From Sphaerodactylus townsendi (lineage: Eukaryota), in assembly GCF_021028975.2 (NCBI RefSeq), contig NC_059439.1, forward strand, positions 25,916,001 to 25,980,000: a stretch of 64,000 nt of DNA, read 5' to 3'. A model generated the notes under the pieces. That model worked only from the letters and a program-made list of their open reading frames with translations. It did no database searches and had not been told where the DNA came from. Numbering within the stretch: position 1 is the stretch's first letter; each line of letters begins with the position of its first letter. This document shows, piece by piece, positions 27,228 through 47,317 of the stretch. The translations under genes were made by a program, and so were the position numbers.

Positions 27228-28355
27228 GGCAGAGGACTCTAATCTGGACAGCTGGATGTGATTCTCTGCTCCTCTGCTTGAGCGGTTGACTCTTATCTGG
27301 TGAACTGGATTTGTTTCCCACTCATGAAGTCCACTCCTACAGATGAAGTCTGCAGGTTAGTCATAGTTCTCCCCGAACTCTCTCAGCCCCACCTACCTTG
27401 CAAGGTGTATGTTGTGGGGAGGGGGAGGGATGGAGTTTTAAGCCACTTCAAGCCTTCTTGCAGTAGGACAAAGTGGCGTATAAATCCAAACTCCTCTATT
27501 CTTCTTCCACCAGCTTCACTCTGCTCCCAGACTGTCAGAATTCCTTTCTGGCACTCTTGTTTTTCTTGTGCCTCCTGAGATTTCTTCTTCGTTCAAGGCA
27601 ATTTTTGTGTACGACTACACAGTGGGTGTGTTTTTTCCTGTTCGGGATTCTCTCAACTGAAGGGTTAAGCAATAATTTCCCTGCAGGTCCCGGTATCGTT
27701 TTTCTAAAGCTTTAAGCCTTGTGAGAATGAAGTTGTAAAGATATTTTGTGACAGCCTAGCCCCCTTTTCTCTTTAACCCCTTACAGCATTTACTTACATG
27801 CCCAAGTACCCTTGCAATCTGTTTCGATGCAATATGACTTTTGTCCTATTATGTAACATGATAAGGGCAGGCCCTATGTACGTGGATGGCTCAAAGCAGA
27901 GTTGGTAACTTTGTGACCTTATTTACTAGTGAAACACCAACATCTGGGAATGACTGCAGCTTGTAAGGGAGAAAAAACTACTTGGGATCTCAGCTTACCT
28001 TTAATAACATGTGTTAGTGTGTAGCGGCTGTCTGAATCAGTACAATCCAATAGGAATTACACTGAAGAAGGCTCATAGCAATTGCTGCCTGCTTTCAAAT
28101 GAAGTCTTGTTAGAAGTAAATTGTGTCCAAAAATTACAAACATCACAAAAGTAATGCCCCCTCATGAGGCCCTGCCATATTTTGTCATCCCTGGCAGTGC
28201 CCTATATTGGTTTCATCTCTGGGTGCTGCCAGCCCCTCCCAGCGTTAAGACCGAGTGCCACCAACATGGGTTTCAGACTGTTGTCATTTGATTTGTTATG
28301 CTGCGCAGTGAATTTTAAATGTTTTTAGGTGTGTTTTTAAGTAATTTATTGGACA

Positions 28356-29349
28356 CTAGCGGGGCCCAGCCACGCGTTGCTGTGGCAATTGTCCTTCTCA
28401 TCACAGTCTGCAACCCACACAGATGTCCATGCAGGTCCAATGATCTACAGCATAGCCTTTTGGGGTGGTCAAATGGAATCCCTCTTTCCCTTTTCAATTC
28501 ACATTGCTATATGGTGGTGTCTTGTTTTTTTAGTATAATGTAACCCTTTCCATTCCACAACGGAACTGTCCAGAGTGCGAATCCCGCTGTCCATGAGGCT
28601 GGTTGACACGCGCAGAACTGGGGCAAGGAGGCTATCCCAGTCAGGCAGCAGAGGCAGGGTGGTGAGGCGCTGAGATCGAGGCCAGCTCTCTGGGTTCATA
28701 AAGGGCCATGTGCAAAAGAAGCTGAGCCAGTAGTGTTGGTTCGCCCCCACCCTGCGGATTTTCTTAGAAGAAAAAGGCAAACTCCAGCTCGCTTTTAGTA
28801 AAAGAGAGCTGTGGTGAATATGGGTGAGGAAGTGGGTAAGCGGTGGTTGGATGTGAGGGAGGGCAGAGTGAGGTGTGTGAGGATGAGCTGGATGTGTATG
28901 AAAGTATGTGTGTTATGTGGTAGCAGTGAGTGAGGCACAGAGAGTGAAAGTTACCCGTGTGTGAGGGGGAGAAACCCCACCTGGTGTCTCACATGGCAAA
29001 GTGTGTATGTGTTTCACTTCCAGTTGTGTTACCTAACAGTGTTACCTATTTACTGTTTTCACTGCTCATCTCTGCCCATCTGCGCAAACATTCTAAGCCC
29101 TCAGGCCACAGACAGACAGGCTGCACAAACATTCTAAGGGTGACAGTTAAGCACAAACAGCTTCATGGCCTGGTGGGCCAGGAAAAAGACGTTTTACCTG
29201 GCTCAGGTGTAGACTTTTGGCGATTTGAAGGTCCTATTACCTGCCCGCAACAGAGAGGAACGTCATGTGAAAATTTGGGGGTGATCCGTCCAGCCGTTTC
29301 GGCGTTAGGGAGACTAACAAAGTCATTGTTTGCTTTTTATATATATAGA
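28356..29349 (-). mobile_element. Non-autonomous Helitron (~1 kb)
   Basis: Minus strand starts A|TCTATATATATAAAAA and ends with a GCCAC-AGCAACGC-GTGGC hairpin followed by CTAG|T; A-T target, no TSD. Confidence 0.8.
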
Positions 29350-30152
29350 TTACATTGTATTGTGAACTGCCTAGAGCCCTTCGGGGATGAGGCGGTCNNN
29401 NNNNNNNNNNNNNNNNNNNNNNNNNNNNNNNNNNNNNNNNNNNNNNNNNNNNNNNNNNNNNNNNNNNNNNNNNNNNNNNNNNNNNNNNNNNNNNNNNNNN
29501 NNNNNNNNNNNNNNNNNNNNNNNNNNNNNNNNNNNNNNNNNNNNNNNNNNNNNNNNNNNNNNNNNNNNNNNNNNNNNNNNNNNNNNNNNNNNNNNAAAAA
29601 CAGACCCTAGTAACACAGATAAAAATCCTGTGCAGTACAAAATATGTACTAAGCCAATTAGCCATGCTGGCAGGGGCTGATGGGAATTGTAGTCCATAAC
29701 ATCTGGAGTGCCAAAGGTTCGCCACCATGGTACTAAGCTAATTGGAATCCAGATGTGCACTGGTCTCAAACAAGATTCAATGCTAGTAGAACATAAATTC
29801 CGTATGTCGGTGCTTCCAAAATCCACTAAAGTTTGTTAGAACAGCAATGATTTGAAACCATCAGGGACTACAGTCTGATCTGAAAACTCTGGCTGCTCTG
29901 AAAACACAAATGGTGGGCTGTGTATGAATCGGGACATCTCTGATGGAAAGCAAAACTAAATGACATTTATGGGCCTTCTGCACACATTTGGTCTCTTTGA
30001 GGCAAGCATATATTACCTTTGGTTCAGATTCAGTTCAGATTCTCAACCACACACGTGACGTGTTTCCCTCTCTTCAGAACTCACCGCTTGGCAGATTGGA
30101 GAAGCCCCGCAGTTTCTGAGAGTGGGCAAAGAGAGATGTTTTCGCTGCCTGT

Positions 30153-30464
30153 CAGAGGCGTACCTGGAGTAAATGGCGCCCGGAGACAAATTGTACCTCC
30201 AGGATGCCCCCCAGGCTCTGCCCCCTGCCCTGCCCCCAGGCTCTGCCCCCCACTGCCCTCGACCCCACCCATGGACACGGGCAAGGTCTAGGGTGCCCAC
30301 CTCCCCCCCCAGACTCCCCCTTGGATGGGGTTGAGGCACACGAAAATGACAAGACAGCAGGACTTCCTGGTCACGTGTGGGCTGGTTTCCCCCCCCCCAC
30401 GTGACCAGAAGAGTGGCGCCCGGGGACAAGGGGTATCCCTTGTCCCTAGACAGATACGCCACTG
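30153..30464. mobile_element. Non-autonomous hAT element (family 3)
   Basis: TSD ctgcctgt. Relative at 34324-34769 (TSD agtttgtc) is nested inside a SINE. Confidence 0.8.
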
Positions 30465-31156
30465 CTGCCTGTGCAGGGAAAGCGAAGCACACCAGTGTGC
30501 ATTCTGCTCCATTTGGCTTTTCTGCTCCCCCCCCCCCACCTTATCCCACTCATGCAGGAGAAGTTCTGCCCACTCCCCTTGCATTTCCAGGGGATAAACT
30601 TTTAATCTATTGCTTCTGTGGTAGATTGGTACAATATCCTTTAAAATAATAAAAAAGAGGCAGTAAACAACTTCCTGATTTCAAAGCAGGGGTCAGGCAA
30701 AATGGAGGCTAGGCTTGGGGAAAGCAGCAGTGCGTCACCTCAAATGTAAATGAGGGACTGTGGGGGGACCCCACTGAAGCACAGAGCCGTGCCACGAAGC
30801 GTAAGAGCCATGGAGAACAGAGGGATGTTTGCTGAACAAGCAAACATGTTTACTTCAAAGCAAAAGGAACAAAAGATCTTGACCTTGGAACGTGCACGCT
30901 GTTAGATTTTTAAGGAAAATACGTGCTTGCCTCTCAGTGGGAAAAGGGACATGGTAGTCACATGGGACTGACTTTCGGTACGGGAGAAAAGGTGAAACAC
31001 CTTTCCCCTGCATCTTCTTCCTGATCTTTACAGTTGACGTATATGGTGTTTGTGTGGGTTATATAATGCTGTGTATGTATTCCATCATAGTTTTCCTCCA
31101 AAGGAAACAGTTCACGTCTCAGCCGGCAAGAGGGGTAGTCAGTACTAAGCACACAG

Positions 31157-31448
31157 TTAAAGTAAAGTAAAGTTTCCCCTTCAGTCATATCCGACCCTGG
31201 GGTACCACTGCAAGCAGTGATTTCATAGGCAAGCCGTTTTTGTGGGGTAGTTTGCCATTGCTTTCCCCGGCTATTCTTTATCCCCTAGCTATGTCCTACC
31301 TAGTAGGTACTCATTTACCGACCAAGGAATGAATGGATGGCTGAGTTGACCATGAGCCAGCCGCCAGGATATCTGACCCACAGAGGGCTCGAACTCCTGA
31401 CCGTGTGAGTGGCAGTGCAAGCACTTAACCGTTACGCCACATGGCTCC
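31157..31448 (-). mobile_element. Sauria SINE-like element
   Basis: Reverse-oriented tRNA-like head (ggagcc..gtggcgta..ggttaag) and (aaagt)n tail followed by tttcccct..agtc..tccgac. Confidence 0.65.
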
Positions 31449-33038
31449 TAAGCACACAGTTAGATCCTTTCAAATTCTTGAAGTCAGTGGGGTTAGACAG
31501 AAGAATATAACTCTGTTTAGGAACCCATTGTCAAGGACCCAACATTTCAGGGGCCCAGGAAACTGGGCAAGGTGCTCTTCCTCCTGCCTTTCCCCACCCA
31601 CACCACAAAAGTTCTTCCCAGTAGTTTGAAGAAGAAGAGAAGAATAATTTGGATTTATATGCCCTACCTTTCTCACCTGTAAGGAGAGGCAAGGTGGCTT
31701 ACAAGCTCCTTTCCCTTCCTCTCCCCACAACAGACATCTTGTGAGGTAGGTGGGGCTGAGAGAATTCTGAGACAACCATAACTGCCCCAAGAGAGTTCTG
31801 AGACAACCAAGACTGACCCAGAAGGAATGTAAGAGTGCAGAAACACATCTGGTTCACCAGATAAGTCTTTGTCACTCAGGTGGAGAAGTGGGGAATCAAA
31901 CCCGGTTCTCCAGATTATAATCCACCTGCTCTTAACCACTGCACCATGCTGGTTCTCCACACCATGCTGCTTTCTGAGTTTGCAGAGGTCTCTGCCACCC
32001 AAAGGCCAAAGATGGGTGGTGGACGGAGGGGAGGAGGAGAGCCAAGTGCTCAAAAAACCACCTGAAAAACCCACCACAAAGGAAACAGCTACGGGGCCAG
32101 TAGGGTGTGCATCTCAGTAATCCTTATCCACCACACTGTAATGTCACAACCATCCTGAGAAGGAACAGGTCGGGAAGCCCTTCTGTTTTCCTTCTGATGG
32201 TACCCGTGGGAGGTCAGAAGAACCCCGCAGCTGCCCTAAGTCTTTGCTGTTCCCCCCTCACTTCCCTGAAGTTGCAGTCACAAACTGCACTTGTCGCCAC
32301 TCTGGACATGCTTCAAGGGCAGCCCCAAGTAGAGTGTGTTGCAGTAGTCCAGTCTAGATGTAACTAAGCAATGGATCTCTGAGTCTAGATGTGACTAGAT
32401 CAGGGACTGGTGCAGATGATCCAACTGGGCAAAAGTTGGGGTGAGTTAGAGTCCCTCATTACCTTAAGACCTTCACGGCTCCCACCTCATGGGCAAAAAG
32501 CTTAGTCCATCGTGGCTTACGTGCATCCAGAGAGCTGCCCCAAATGGAAGAGGCACCTTTCCCCCCATCTCCAGAGTTTTTATAACCTCCGTTGCATAGC
32601 GAGGCAGCGATAAACAGCCAATTTCCCTTAACTTAATGGCTTATTTATTAACATTGAAACTTCAGGGCTTGGAAATATAACAATACTTAACTGAAAGCTA
32701 TTTTTGCCCGCTCCGTCCAGTATTGTCCTGGTCTAGTTCTGAACAGTTTGCATAGGTCCAGCACTTCTAGAGCTTATCAGCAGGGAAGTAAAATTATCTC
32801 TCCTACTGTCCTGCTTGCACTGACTTCCTGTCCCGAAGGAAGGGTTTTCCTTAGGTCACTTTTAACTTTCTTGGCTTTATGGCTCCAGGTGTGACTTCCT
32901 AGCAGATGATGGGGTCGTAAGCATAGCTAAGAGTTGTGCTCTGAGCTGGGAATTGGTGGAAGATCTGGGGGGTGGAGACTTGGCCAGGTGGTGATATCTT
33001 TGGTGTTGCCACATGACAGCTGGATAAAAACTGGAATT

Positions 33039-33850
33039 GATGTAGAGTAGTTCTAGGAAGCATCTGAAAATCTATGGTATAATTTTATCTGGAAGTGATG
33101 TAGAGTAGTTCTAGGAAGCATCCAAAAATCTATGGTATAATTTTATCTGGAAGTGATGTAGAGTAGTTCTAGGAAGCATCCGAAAATCTATGCTAAACTT
33201 ATAATTTTATCTGGAAGTGATGTAGAGTAGTTCTAGGAAGCATCCGAAAATCTATGCTAAACTTATAATTTTATCTGGAAGTGATGTAGAGTAGTTCTAG
33301 GAAGCATCCGAAAATCTATGCTAAACTTATAATTTTATCTGGAAGTGATGTAGAGTAGTTCTAGGAAGCATCTGAAAATCTATGCTAAACTTATAATTTT
33401 ATCTGGAAGTGATGTAGAGTAGTTCTAGGAAGCATCTGAAAATCTATGATAAACTTATAATTTTATCTGGAAGTGATGTAGAGTAGTTTTAGGAAGCATC
33501 CGAAAATCTATGGTAAACTTATAATTTTATCTGGAAGTGATGTAGCGTAGTTCTAGGAAGCATCTGAAAATCTATGGTATAATTTTATCTGGAAGTGATG
33601 TAGAGTAGTTCTAGGAAGCATCTGAAATTCTATGATAAACTTATAATTTTATCTGGAAGTGATGTAGAGTAGTTCTAGGAAGCATCCAAAAATCTATGTT
33701 AAACTTATAATTTTATCTGGAAGTGATGTAGAGTAGTTCTAGGAAGCATCTGAAAATCTATGGTATAATTTTATCTGGAAGTTATGTAGAGTAGTTCTAG
33801 GAAGCATCCAAAAATCTATGGTAAACTTATAATTTTATCTGGAAGTGATG
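33039..33850. repeat. Minisatellite, 13 units of 58 or 64 bp
   Basis: Unit gatgtagagtagttctaggaagcatcYgaaaatctatgNt(aaactt)ataattttatctggaagt; order S,S,L,L,L,L,L,L,S,L,L,S,L. Confidence 0.95.
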
Positions 33851-36369
33851 CAACAACATAGATGACATCTTTGGGTTTTCAAAATATCTTTCTCCTGCCA
33901 CAGCTCAGAGTAGCAGCAGGGAACAGCAGTTGCAAGCAACTCTGTTATTTCTGTCAGCTAATATTCTTCAGGATCGCTCCTGACTATGAACAGAGAGTAG
34001 TCACAATAATGAAAACACTGGAGTGAATTCTTGGTTGGAGGGTGTTTTCTCACACAACCCAAGACATACTGCAGGGTTCCTAGCACGTTCAGAGCTCTGG
34101 CGAGATGATTTCATGGCAGGCTTCCAGGTCATAGCTCTGCTCCAAGGTAGCACGAGACATTTCACATGTTTAAAAATACCCAGTGAACTGGATTTGTTTC
34201 CCTACTCCTCCACATGAAGCCTGCTGGGTGACCATGGGCTAGTCACAATTCTCTCTGAGCTCTCTAAGCCACACCTACCTCACAAGGTGTCTGTTTTGGG
34301 GAGAGGAAGGGAAGGAGTTTGTCCAGAGGTGCACCATGGGTAAATGGCGCCCGGAGACAAATTGTCTCCAGGATGCCCCCCAGGCTCTGCCCCACTGCCA
34401 CCCCGGCTCCACCCCCTGATGCCCCAGGTTCCAACCCCCCACTGACCTTGACCCCGCCCATGTCACCATGGACATGGGCAAGGTCTAGGGTGCCCACCTC
34501 CCCTTCCCCTGCTGGCTGGGCTCCCAGCCGGCAGCCTGCAGTCTCTTCTGACTGGGGAGGGGAGGAAGGGAGGGAGGGGGGAGTCCAGGGGGGGTTGAGG
34601 GTGCTCATCGTTTTTGCGTGCCGACTGACATGGATAGGTTGAGGCACGCGAAAACGACAAGGCAGCAGGACTTCCTGGTCATGTGGGGGGCCAATTTTGC
34701 GCCCCCCCCCACGTGACCAGAAGAGTGGCGCCCGGGGACAAGGGGTGTCCCTAGGTAGATACGCCACTGAGTTTGTCAGCTGCTTTGAGAGTCCTTACAG
34801 GAGAGAAAGGCAGTATATAAATCCAAACTCTGCTCTTCTTCTTCATCTTTCACCCCTATAGTCGTGTGACTGCATGATAATTCCAAATTCTTCCAAATTA
34901 AAGAACAGGGATATTCATGATCCCAGCAGTAACGCTCATTATTATAATTTTAAACACATGGAATGTTAAAGAATTAACACCAGCACGGATATTACACAAA
35001 CAACCTTTTAAAATTACATCATGGTTTGCAGCAAGCAATAAGGGCTTATTGATTTGGACTCCTTAATCTGTTAATTGCCATGGGCGTGGCTGCTAATGAT
35101 GGTGCTTAACAACTGTTAATAAAGGAAATCAAACCTTCTTGCACAACAAACTCACAGAGAAACGTGAGAACTTTTATCCTGCTTCCAAACAGTGACCAGC
35201 GTTAGCAATTTTTAAAACTATTTTTAAATATAGCTTTGTTATTTTAATGTGTGTATTGGTGGGTAGATCTGTAGTCAGTCAATCTTTTTTAAAAAAACTG
35301 ATTAATCTAACCGTTTTGTCAACCAAACACTGTATTCATAGCATAGAAAAAGCTTTTTACAGTCTTTGGGAAAGTTGGAAATGGGTTTCTGGCTGGCAGA
35401 AGTACTTTGTAATAACTACACTGCTATAATTGTATTTCCTTGAATTTTCCTGGGTTCATACTGCCTGGTATGTGTTGCACATTCTGGGGTGGGAGTTCAA
35501 TTCCCAGGTGCCTCAGGGTTGCCAACCTCCAGACTGGAAATCTGCCAGAATTACAACTGATCTCCAGACAAGATAGATCACTTCTCTGAAGAAAATGGAA
35601 GAAGAAAAAGAGTTTGGATTTACATCCCCCCTTTCTCTCCTGTGAGGAGACTCAAAGAGGCTTACAATGTCCTTTTCCTCCCTCTCCCCCAACAAACACC
35701 CTGTGAGGCGAGTGGGGCTGACAGAGCTCCGAAGAACTGTGACTAGCCCAAGGTCACCCAGCTGGCATGTGTTGGAGTGCATAAGATAATCTGGTTCACC
35801 ACATAAGCCTCCGCAGCTCAACCCCACCCACCTCACAGGGTGTTTGTTCTGGGGGGGGGGGGGAAGGAAAGGAAAAGGAGATTGTAAGCCCCTTTGAGCT
35901 TCCTTACAGGAGAGAAAGGGGGGGATATAATTCTTCCTCTTCCTCTATGCAGCAGTGGCGTAGGAGGTTAAGAGCTCGTGTATCTAATCTGGAGGAACCA
36001 GCTTGATTCCCAGCTCTGCTGCCTGAGCTGTGGAGGCTTATCTGAGGAATTCAGATTAGCCTGTACACTCCCACACACACCAGCTGGGTGACCTTGGGCT
36101 AGTCTCTCAGCCCCACCTACCTCACAGGGTGTTTGTTGTGAGGGGGGAAGGGCAAGGAGATTGTAAGTCCCTTTGAGTCTCCTACATGAGAGAAAGGGGG
36201 GATATAAATCCAAACTCTTCTTCTTCTTCTTCCCTTCTCCAAAGCCCATCCTCCCCAGGCACCGGCCCCCAAATTCTCAACCCAGGGTTATGACCTCTAC
36301 TTTATCCACGATTCTCAAGTGCTGGGCAATGGTTGAGTACTCAAGAACTGAAAATGTCCTAGAACTGAC

Positions 36370-36496
36370 CGTTGCCCTCCATGAATTTTGTAACGTATCA
36401 GTTCCACAGCCCTGGGTCTGGCTGCATCAAATGCATCTGGTCAAAGAAGAAATAGGAGACCACGGTGTCCTTGGCGTTGCAAGCGACGTAGATAAT
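36370..36496 (-). pseudogene. Orphan inactivated copy of SULT gene D exon 4
   Basis: 127-nt near-identical copy of 42358-42484 with both splice sites, but ARN>ACN and GGA>TGA (premature stop). No neighbouring SULT exons. Confidence 0.85.
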
Positions 36497-36586
36497 CTGC
36501 AAAGGCCAAAAGGAAACCTCATACAGGGCTGTGGACTGGTACTGAGGAGAAAGGGGGGATATAAGAAAGGGGGGATATAAATCCAA

Positions 36587-36672
36587 CTCTTCTTCTTCTT
36601 CTTCTTCTTCTTCTTCTTCTTCTTCTTCTTCTTCCTCTTCCTCTTCTTCTTCTTCTTCTTCTTCTTCTTCTT
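36587..36672. repeat. (TTC)n microsatellite (SINE tail). Similar tracts at 38645-38700, 42706-42747, 57700-57766; (TTCA)n at 14927-14960, 55114-55152, 61864-61934
   Basis: Direct inspection. Confidence 0.9.
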
Positions 36673-36859
36673 GCTCCTATTTCCTCGTTCCATTTAGGCT
36701 CTATCCCTATTATTTTAGGCTTCCGACTTTAACTTATTGTTCTAAGAACCCATTTTCATCATTCCTCCATTACATCCAAGACTCAGTTTTCAAAAGGACC
36801 CATATTTATTTTTTAAAAATAGTACAAAAAAGAGAGAGAAACATTTGTGCATTATCAAA

Positions 36860-37106
36860 AGCTTTCAGGGCTGGAATCAACTGGCTGTTGGGGATTTTCA
36901 GGGCTGTGTGGTCATAGTCTGATAGTTTTTGCTCCTAACGTTTCACCCGCATCTATGGCTGGCAAGCCACGGTGAGATGGTGCCATGGAGAGAAATGTAT
37001 TACTGTGACATGCCTCTGAAGATGCCAGCCATAGATGCAAGCAAAATGTTAGGAGCAAAAGCTACCAGACTGTGGCCACACAGCCCTGAAAACCCACAAC
37101 AGCCAG
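36860..37106 (+). mobile_element. Degenerate Penelope-like palindromic element just 3' of the gene D stop
   Basis: Same architecture as 53746-53954 (cctctgaagatgccagccatagatgc...aacccacaacagccag with an inverted left arm); the GAAA core is mutated. Confidence 0.65.
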
Positions 37107-37135
37107 AAACAATTTTGGTCCTTCATAGAAAAGCT

Positions 37136-45667
<8,532 letters not shown>

Positions 45668-46235
45668 GATATCTGGTCCAGGCTAATCTGTGAATTGGAG
45701 AATCCTCTGTGGCAGTTCTCAACCAAGAAGTCCTTTTTTGTTGTTTCCGGAAGCGAGTGCCTGAAGCGATTAGCATACCTGCTTCCCTGCCAATCAAGAG
45801 AGAGACTTACTTCAGTGGGATTTTCTTTTATGTCGCAACAGAATAAAACAGGAAATAGAATGTACTTTGCCCTGCCCGTAACGTGCCAGCTCGGTGAAGC
45901 AAGAGCAAGTAAAAAACCCAGCCAAATTAGACACTCAGTTCTCTTCCTGGAGACTTCCGAACGTTCATTCATTTCAAACAACATGTTTTTCTTCACCCTG
46001 CAGAAAGCATCTTACATCATCCAGGAATCTTGGCTGCTTACCCTGGCCTAGAAAAAGGTCGGTTGTCGTTTCAGGAAACCTAGAAGTTGCAGAAGCACAC
46101 AACATGAAGAATCCTCCTTTCCCCCCTTCTGGTACTGACAACAAAGTTTAAGGTAGTGATCCTTAAGAGGTCTACTCAGAAGCATTCCATATTTATTCAG
46201 AAAGACATTCTCAGGAAAGTATCCTTAGGATTGCC

Positions 46236-47317
46236 CAGTGGTGGGATCCAAAAATTTTAGAAACAGGTTCCCATGGTGGCGGGATTCAAACTGTGGCGTA
46301 GCACCAATGGGGCTGGGCGGGGCACAACGGGGGCATGGCCGGGGATTCTGGGGGCGGGGCATTCCTGGGCGAGGCTGTGGCAAGGACGCAGCCACTGCGC
46401 CGGTCCTTGGGTGGGAAACGAATGCACACAGGCGCAGGCTGCCACGCACACCGGTGCACCTCCTGCTAGACTGCTTCTGCGCGCTACTGCTGAGAGGAGG
46501 GGCGTAACTAAGGCAAAAATCACGTGGCAAAATCACCAATTAGTAACCCCCTCTTGGCACACACGAATAATTAGTAACCTACTCTCGGGAACCTGTGAGA
46601 ACCTGCTGGATCCCACCTCTGATTGCAGCATAGCTAAGGGTCTTCCATTTCAGTGACAGTTCAGTGACAATTCAGCCAAGGACCATCCTAGGCTCTGTGC
46701 TGGAACATGTGAAGGAATAAGAGGATGCCTTTGAGTCAGCACGCAGCCCATTTTTCTCTTGTCGAGAAATCACATTCCACTCATTTTCATCATTGCATTA
46801 AGTAGCAGGACTTGGTGCCCAGAAGGAGAAGCCTGAAGGCGAGTGTGAATTCCATCAGCTCTCTTTTGAGCACTCAGCCATCGGGGTGGTCATAACCACG
46901 GGGATTAGAAGCAGCTGCCCTGGGCCCAGTGGTGGGATCCAAACATTTTTGTAACAGGTTCCCATGGTGGCGGGATTCAAACTGTGGCGTAGCGCCAATG
47001 GGGCTGGGCGGGGCACGACGGGGGTGTGGCCGGGCATTCCGGGGGTGGGGCATTCCTGAGCGGGGCTGTGGCAAGGACCCAGTCACTGCGCTTGTCCTTG
47101 GGCGGGAAACGAATGCACACAGGCGCAGGCTGCCACCCACGCCTGTGCACCTCCTGCTAGACTGCTTCAAGTTCTGTGTGCTACTGTGGAGAGGAGGGGC
47201 GTAACTAAGGCAAAATCACGGGGCAAAATCACCAATTAGTAACCCCCTCTCGGCATGCACAAATAATTAGTAACCTACTCTTGGGAGCCTGTGAGAACCT
47301 GCTGGATCCCACCTCTG
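46236..47317. mobile_element. Two family-1 hAT elements (46236-46621, 46927-47317) upstream of gene D
   Basis: Both match 12300-12696; the second has TSD cctgggcc. Confidence 0.85.

Noticed and set aside
28957-29826. ORFs containing X runs (also 10522-10963 and 59447-59758)
   Set aside because: Artefacts of reading through assembly gaps.
33039-33850. CRISPR-like array
   Set aside because: Units are head-to-tail with no unique spacers, there are no cas genes, and the DNA is vertebrate; it is a minisatellite.
35948-36600. A seventh full SULT gene or pseudogene between genes C and D
   Set aside because: Only exon 4 is present; I found no other SULT exons in 27-36 kb, and the copy has sharp SINE-bounded ends.
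36427-36693. Poly-lysine ORF
   Set aside because: Translation of a (TTC)n microsatellite.
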